Shown: positions 62,826 to 64,000 of the stretch, piece by piece
How the letters are laid out: each line of letters begins with the position of its first letter
Numbering within the stretch: position 1 is the stretch's first letter
NCBI GenBank assembly: GCA_964016885.1
Contig: OZ024742.1
Location: 117,118,001-117,182,000, forward strand
Reading direction: 5' to 3'
DNA from: Eledone cirrhosa
Taxonomy: Eukaryota
DNA length: 64,000 nt
The notes under the pieces: generated by a model
Told to the model about the DNA's origin: nothing
Database searches by the model: none
What the model saw: the letters and a program-made list of their open reading frames with translations, nothing else
Made by a program: the position numbers and the translations under genes

Positions 62826-62869
62826 GAAACAGTGCTCAATCAGGGATGACTATGAATAAATAATATAAT

Positions 62870-63760
62870 AATTGTTTCTACTCTTGGCACAAGGCTAGCA
62901 ATTACCCAGTGCATTACTGGTGCTTTATTTTATCAACCCTGTAAGGATGAAAGGCAAAGTAAACCTCGGCGTGATTTGAACTCAGAACGTAAAGGGCCAT
63001 AACTCTGTGCCGCGAAGCATATTGTCCGATGCTCTAACAATACTGCCAATAATAATTATTATTTCTACTACTTTTAGCACAAGGCCAGCCATTACTCAGT
63101 ACATTACAGGTACTTTATTTTATCGATGCCGTAAGGATGAAAGGCAAAGTCAACCTCGGCGGGATTTGAACTCAGATTGTAAAGGGACATAACTATGCTG
63201 GAAAGCATGTCCGACCCTCTACCGATACTGCCAATTCACCACCCTATAATAATAATAATAATAATGATTTTTACTATAGGCACAAGGCCAGCAATTTGAA
63301 GGGGAGGGGAATGTCGATTAAATCAACCCCAGTGCATTACCGGTACTTTATTTGATCGACCTTGTAAGGATGAAAGGCAAAGCTAACCTTGGCAGTATTT
63401 GAACTCAGAACGTAAAGGGATGCAACTATGCCACAAAGCAAGGTGTCTGACGCTTTACCAATTCTGCCAATCCAATGACCTCCAATAATAATTGTTTCTA
63501 CTTTAGGCACAAGGCCAGCAATTACTCAGTGCATTACTGGTACTTTATTTTATCGACCCCGTAAGGATGAAAGGCAAAGTTAACCTCGGCAGGATTTGAA
63601 CTCAGAATGGCAAGGGCCGTAACTCTATGCATCAAAGCATGGCGTCCAACCCTCTCCAATAATGTACTGGGTAATTGCTGGCACAAGGCCAGCAATTACC
63701 CAGTACATTACTGGTACTTTATTTTATCGACCTTGTAAGGATGAAATGCAAAGTTAACCA
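62870..63760 (-). mobile_element. Tandem array of five SINE family A copies separated by (AAT)n
   Basis: Copies at ~62870, 63060, 63265, 63490 and 63680. Confidence 0.9.
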
Positions 63761-64000
63761 ATAATAATGATAATAATATATACCTTTGAATGAGTAGAGA
63801 AATGTAACAGAGCAATATACATTTTAAATGTAATATGTATGTGTGTGTATGTATATATATATAGAGAGAGAGGGGGGAGGGGGGGGGGCATACACAAACA
63901 CACAAAGATTGAAACTTTGACACATCGTAGCAGAAAGGTGAGGGTGAATAAATATAGTAGAAGGAAGTTGATTAAGTTTTCTCAAATGTAAAAAACATAA

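Overview
AT-rich, repeat-dense eukaryotic DNA with no confidently identifiable host gene, so it is probably intergenic or part of a very large intron. The SINE families, (TA)n/(CAT)n microsatellites and LINE mix suggest a coleoid cephalopod, probably Octopus (recognition from memory, not a search). Almost all ORFs in the track are microsatellite translations or transposon debris. Mobile elements: a young 5'-truncated L1/Tx1 LINE; a complete TA-flanked mariner interrupted by an RTE LINE with a 12-bp target-site duplication (TSD); further RTE, CRE-like, Penelope and hAT relics; piggyBac-like MITEs; and many tRNA-derived SINEs. The most notable unexplained layer is RNA structure. Several distinct type I hammerhead ribozyme (HHR) motifs sit in non-coding repeats inside (TA)n tracts. 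They include a canonical HHR in a 486-nt tandem unit that resembles a retrozyme or Penelope pseudo-LTR (8295-8976), a second HHR family within a ~140-bp inverted duplication (12259-12597), a recurring CAGAAGA (U4A) core variant, minimal palindromic-stem-III HHRs, and hammerheads turned into palindromes by fold-back. All folds were derived by eye and none were tested computationally or experimentally.
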